A DNA stretch of 56,028 nt. It comes from a virus (Duplodnaviria; Caudoviricetes). The position numbers and the translations under genes were made by a program. Positions 55,238 through 56,028 of this stretch are shown here, piece by piece. The stretch is taken from the IMG/VR virus record IMGVR_UViG_3300041809_000290, positions 1-56,028 of that record; one strand, written 5' to 3'. Position 1 is the stretch's first letter. Each line of letters begins with the position of its first letter. The notes beneath the pieces were generated by a model that saw only the letters and a list, made by a program, of their open reading frames with translations, was not told where the DNA came from and did not search any database.

Positions 55238-55558
55238 ATGGCAGATAAAAGCTGGAAAGCCTTTGAACGAGTTGTGGCTAGATTCTTTGGGACAGAGCGC
55301 AATCCGTTGTCTGGAGAGAACAGCCGGCATCATACTAATTCCGATTCATTGCATCCTACTTTATATATCGAATGCAAGCGCGACCTAAGTATATTTCCTA
55401 AAAAGCTCATTGATTTAATTATGGATACGGAGGAGAAGGCTTCACAGGAAGGCAAGATTCCTATTATTGCATTAAAACAACACAGGCGTAAGGGTTTTTA
55501 TATGCTCATTCATAGTGCTGATGTTTTGGACGTGGCTTCAGAAGTAGTAGAAGAATAA
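55238..55558 (+). CDS. PD-(D/E)xK Holliday junction resolvase-like protein
   Basis: WKAFERVVA...SD...YIECK. Confidence 0.7.
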   Translation: MADKSWKAFERVVARFFGTERNPLSGENSRHHTNSDSLHPTLYIECKRDLSIFPKKLIDLIMDTEEKASQEGKIPIIALKQHRRKGFYMLIHSADVLDVASEVVEE

Positions 55559-55581
55559 TTCCGTGACGACGACACGGAATT
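55557..55581. repeat. Dispersed 25-bp palindrome, copy 4 (inverted orientation)
   Basis: AATTCCGTG-ACGACGA-CACGGAATT; reverse-complement spacer is TCGTCGT. Confidence 0.9.
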
Positions 55582-55595
55582 AGAAGGTAGATTAA

Positions 55596-56028
55596 ATGAA
55601 TGATCTAATTGAATTATCTAAGAGTTATAAATACATCATCATTGATTATGCCAATCTTATTGCTCGTTCGTATTTTGGCATGTCTCAATTGTCATACAAT
55701 GGTAAGAAGACCGGAGGAATATTTGGTCTTGCTAGAACTTATTTCAATTTGCATACTGAGTTTCCTAAGTCTCAAATAATATTTTTAATGGAGGGTTCTC
55801 AAAATAGGCGTAAGGAGCTTTACAATAAATATAAGAGCAATAGAATCAAGAATGAAGGTTTTATCGGCGCATTGGTAGATGGGCAGAAATTTATTAGGAA
55901 TGTTGATGCTCAGTGGATGTCTCATACTGGTCTCGAGGCTGATGATATTGCTGCCTATATAGTGGAGACAGCGCCTAAGAAGAGCAACATATTACTCGTA
56001 TCTAATGATGCGGATTGGGGTGTCTTAT
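55596..56028 (+). CDS. 5'-3' exonuclease (FEN/PolI N-terminal family), truncated by window edge
   Basis: Hand-translated IIDYANL...RKELYNKYKSNR...GLEADD...SNDAD. Confidence 0.9.
   Translation, partial: MNDLIELSKSYKYIIIDYANLIARSYFGMSQLSYNGKKTGGIFGLARTYFNLHTEFPKSQIIFLMEGSQNRRKELYNKYKSNRIKNEGFIGALVDGQKFIRNVDAQWMSHTGLEADDIAAYIVETAPKKSNILLVSNDADWGVL

Noticed and set aside
1-56028. Genome-wide stop-codon recoding
   Set aside because: Conserved genes are intact in code 11 and end with TAA, TAG and TGA; the TGA at 454 is isolated.

Overview
A 56 kb piece of a large tailed dsDNA bacteriophage genome with a contractile tail (myovirus); the head and tail genes resemble SPO1/Herelleviridae organisation. 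Layout: (1) 1-3.9 kb, small leftward genes, some apparently broken; (2) a back-to-back promoter pair at about 3.9 kb, then rightward accessory operons (4-8.7 kb); (3) head, neck, tail, baseplate and tail fibre genes (8.7-34.7 kb), with no terminase or portal recognisable in the window; (4) a probable lysis/membrane cluster (35-37.4 kb); (5) a sigma-like regulator and a replication, recombination and nucleotide metabolism module (initiator, DnaC-like loader, DnaB, DnaG, ThyX, MazG-like, FtsZ/tubulin-like, SSB, DUF2829/Tad2-like, RecA, SbcCD, HNH, resolvase, 5'-3' exonuclease). The main unannotated signal is two non-coding arrays with a 36-nt period (4921-5028 and 7032-7285). Each unit has two ~9-nt variable segments between alternating conserved repeats, the architecture of TIGR (tandem interspaced guide RNA) arrays. 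Each array lies between a stop codon and a terminator, and I recognise no Nop-domain Tas effector in the window. Also notable: a 25-bp palindrome at four intergenic sites, a tubulin/FtsZ homologue with an HTH-like neighbour, a UGA-xx-Cys ORF followed by a SECIS-like hairpin, a divergent pair of paralogous Cys-rich microproteins, and a structured leader before the replication initiator. All protein calls come from motif recognition and gene order only; no searches were run.
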